Part shown: in pieces, positions 19,064-19,092 of the stretch
How positions within the stretch are numbered: position 1 is the stretch's first letter
Layout of the letters: every line of letters begins with the position of its first letter
Source of the DNA: Fonticula alba ATCC 38817
Lineage: Eukaryota; Protista; Nucleariida
Strand: one strand, 5' to 3'
Length of the DNA: 19,092 nucleotides
Assembly (NCBI GenBank): GCA_000388065.2
Contig: KB932208.1
Program-made: the position numbers and the translations under genes
The notes under the pieces: model-generated
Seen by the model: only the letters and a program-made list of their open reading frames with translations
What the model was told of the DNA's origin: nothing
Database searches by the model: none

Positions 19064-19092
19064 CTGGGTCCTTTCCCTCCCTGGCTTCTCCC
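19064..19092 (+). repeat. 29-nt exact copy of 13481..13509 (Stealth intron 1)
   Basis: ctgggtcctttccctccctggcttctccc occurs at both places, each time directly after a C run. Confidence 0.9.

Overview
GC-rich eukaryotic genomic DNA with short GT-AG introns, many G/C homopolymer runs, microsatellites and three assembly gaps. The style suggests a protist, possibly a Fonticula-like amoeba, but this is an inference I cannot confirm. Five protein-coding genes are supported. (1) Minus 18..2216: an intronless protein with one fimbrin/plastin-type CH1-CH2 actin-binding domain, then a coiled coil and a basic/low-complexity tail. (2) Minus ~7424..9038: a spliced, divergent RBM48-like RRM protein (minor-spliceosome factor family). 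(3) Minus 9288..~10812: a spliced CENP-O/Mcm21-like protein. (4) Plus 13118..14866: a three-exon type II membrane Stealth-family hexose-1-phosphate transferase. (5) Plus 16208..18022: a three-exon ALG7/DPAGT1 with a polyQ-containing loop insertion. After the last gap, 18530..19063 is a near-copy of 15445..15977 that then jumps at a poly-C run into sequence identical to Stealth intron 1, most likely a mis-assembly. Regions ~3991-7100 and ~11000-12900 could not be assigned. All homology calls come from motif recognition by eye, not from database searches.
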